Shown here: positions 62,161 through 64,000 of the stretch, piece by piece | Layout: every line of letters starts with the position of its first letter | How positions within the stretch are numbered: position 1 is the first letter of the stretch | Assembly (NCBI GenBank): GCA_032718475.1 | Contig: JAUCBJ010001244.1 | Span: 13,758 to 77,757 of the forward strand | Reading direction: 5' to 3' | Length of the DNA stretch: 64,000 nucleotides | Source: Nemertoderma westbladi | Lineage: Eukaryota; Animalia; Xenacoelomorpha | Made by a program: the position numbers and the translations under genes | Notes under the pieces: generated by a model | The model's database searches: none | Told to the model about the DNA's origin: nothing | The model's input: only the letters and a program-made list of their open reading frames with translations

Positions 62161-64000
62161 AGTAGTAATAGTATGCCACCCTCGGCGACAGTTAGACCCA
62201 CTTCACACCTTGGGTGTTAAGTAGATCATTAATTAATTAACCAATTAATTAATTGGTCGATTAAACAATTAATTAATTGTTTAATCAATCGATTCGTATC
62301 AAATAATGTTGCCAAAGGCAATTTAATTTGATACAAATCAATCAGATAGGGACGCGGGATGAATAAATTGTACTATAACAAACGAAATATACAATACAAT
62401 ATACAATACATTTGTATTATTTTTATTCAAACCTCCAACTTCATTATTATATATTAACATTTGATGTATTTTATTTTTAGATTTACCAAATTCACGCACT
62501 ATAATAGAATAATAACTAACTTATCCATCACCATCACAACAGAATAATAACAATAAAAGTTCGAAAGTACACCCTGCATCCTATCTATAGCCTTGTATGG
62601 GCATATACAGTAACATAGTCATCAACACAAGCGCCAAGGTAGATGGTGGTGGCTTCCTTTACCTGTTGTCTAAGGCTTCCTTTACCTGTTGTCTAAGGCT
62701 TCCTAACCTGTATAATTCAACAAAGTTTAAAGTTTTTGCTGTACGTCTTTTTCATAGCCTATGTTAAATCAAATTACATTCATGTAACTATTGTAACATT
62801 TATATTATAAAATGGATATGGTGAGGGATTGAACTTATTGTTACTTGATTTATTTACCTTATCAATTAATCCCACGCTTCTTCTCTCCACTCTTTTTCTA
62901 TACCCCACGCCTCTTTCGGCCATTCAACGCTAGGGTTTTCGATCTTTTTCTTTTCATCTTCTTTTCTTTTTTCGTAAATGGACTCTCCATTTCGATACTG
63001 GCAGTATCTTAAATGGTATTGTTTTTCCGCCTCTGGGAAATAATGACATTGGATGTTCGGACATTGAACTATTTTTTCACTTGGAAAATTCCTTCTACAT
63101 TTTCTTAAATGTTTCGTAAATCTTTCCACATGGATTCTATGCGTAGCATCATATGGGCATATTATATACTCATTATCCATTTTATTTATATTAAAGTAAT
63201 ACTCAATCTAAGGCTTATTTATCGACAAATAAATTTATTATAATATATTAACATTTGATGTATTTTATTTTTTAGATTTACCAAAATCACGCACTATAAT
63301 AGAATAATAACTAACTAACTTATCCATCACCATCACAACAGAATAATAACAATAAAAGTTCGAAAGTATACCCTGCATCCTATCTATAGCCTTGTATGGA
63401 CATATACAGTAATATAATCACTGTTATTCATAGTATCAAAAAGACAAACTTAACTTGAAAGAAAACTTAACTTGATAGAAAACTTAATGTTTTTTTTTAG
63501 AGATAATGATCTAACTTTACATGGTTTTATTTATATAGAAAGGTCCACCTTAACATTTCAAACAGAACCATAGTTTTTGGTATGGCATGCGTAAAGGATT
63601 AAGCATCCCATGGATTCCCTTGTTGAGTTATACTCTACAATGAAATATAAAGACGCAATCGAGACCCAAAACATAAATATACCCTTTCACAAAAAAAGTG
63701 GCCCCAGTTTAGCCCTGAGTCATCCCTCAATAATCTGCGGCTGTTGGGATCTTATTAGATGTGGTATGACTAACCCATTCATCATTGCGTGAATGGGGCC
63801 TGCGTGAATGGGACCTGCGATAGAGCTTAAATTATTCAAACCTCCTATGACAATTCGACTAAGAAAATTATAATAAACATCTGCTATGGCATTAGTTTGC
63901 ATTCTTTCGCATTGTATTGCGAAGCAGTCCACGCGCATATTAGCTCAGCAACAAAGGCAATACCCAAAACACCACATGTCAAATTAATTCCCAACCATCT
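62161..64000. mobile_element. Left part of a second Polinton-type (AGTAGT) element; extent beyond the TIR is inferred
   Basis: Begins agtagtaatag..ggcgacagttagaccc exactly at the duplication breakpoint; TIR homologous to 7290-7607. Confidence 0.75.
62866..63180 (-). CDS. GTSF1: GTSF1/Asterix-like protein (two CHHC U11-48K-type zinc fingers, Trp-rich acidic tail)
   Basis: CPYDATHRIHVERFTKHLRKC and CPNIQCHYFPEAEKQYHLRYC both fit C-x5-H-x9-H-x3-C; tail EWPKEAWGIEKEWREEAWD; intronless, ATG to TAA intact. Confidence 0.85.
   Translation of the reverse strand: MDNEYIICPYDATHRIHVERFTKHLRKCRRNFPSEKIVQCPNIQCHYFPEAEKQYHLRYCQYRNGESIYEKRKEDEKKKIENPSVEWPKEAWGIEKEWREEAWD

Overview
AT-rich eukaryotic (animal-like) repeat-dense DNA with no clear intact host gene; it resembles heterochromatin or a piRNA cluster. 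The main feature is a complete 14.2-kb Polinton/Maverick-type element (18143-32339; AGTAGT termini, ~880-900-bp TIRs, GGTAGG 6-bp TSD). It encodes an intact protein-primed family-B DNA polymerase, a TBP-fold protein and a 563-aa protein with PC4-like segments, plus an array of tRNA T-arm/B-box-like repeats. I see no integrase, capsid, packaging ATPase or adenain protease in it. Three related AGTAGT-type termini occur elsewhere. One (present twice, 46911 and 58995) precedes an endogenised negative-strand RNA virus nucleoprotein fragment. One (62161) starts an element carrying an intact, intronless GTSF1/Asterix-like piRNA-cofactor gene. One (7607) is a truncated remnant. The rest comprises degenerate Helitron/Helentron Rep-PIF1-GIY-YIG copies, an 8.7-kb near-identical duplication (41354-50076 / 53438-62160), LTR, LINE, SINE and MITE remnants, satellites, and a hammerhead ribozyme set inside a tRNA-like A-box/B-box frame. 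All protein calls come from motif recognition by eye, not database searches.
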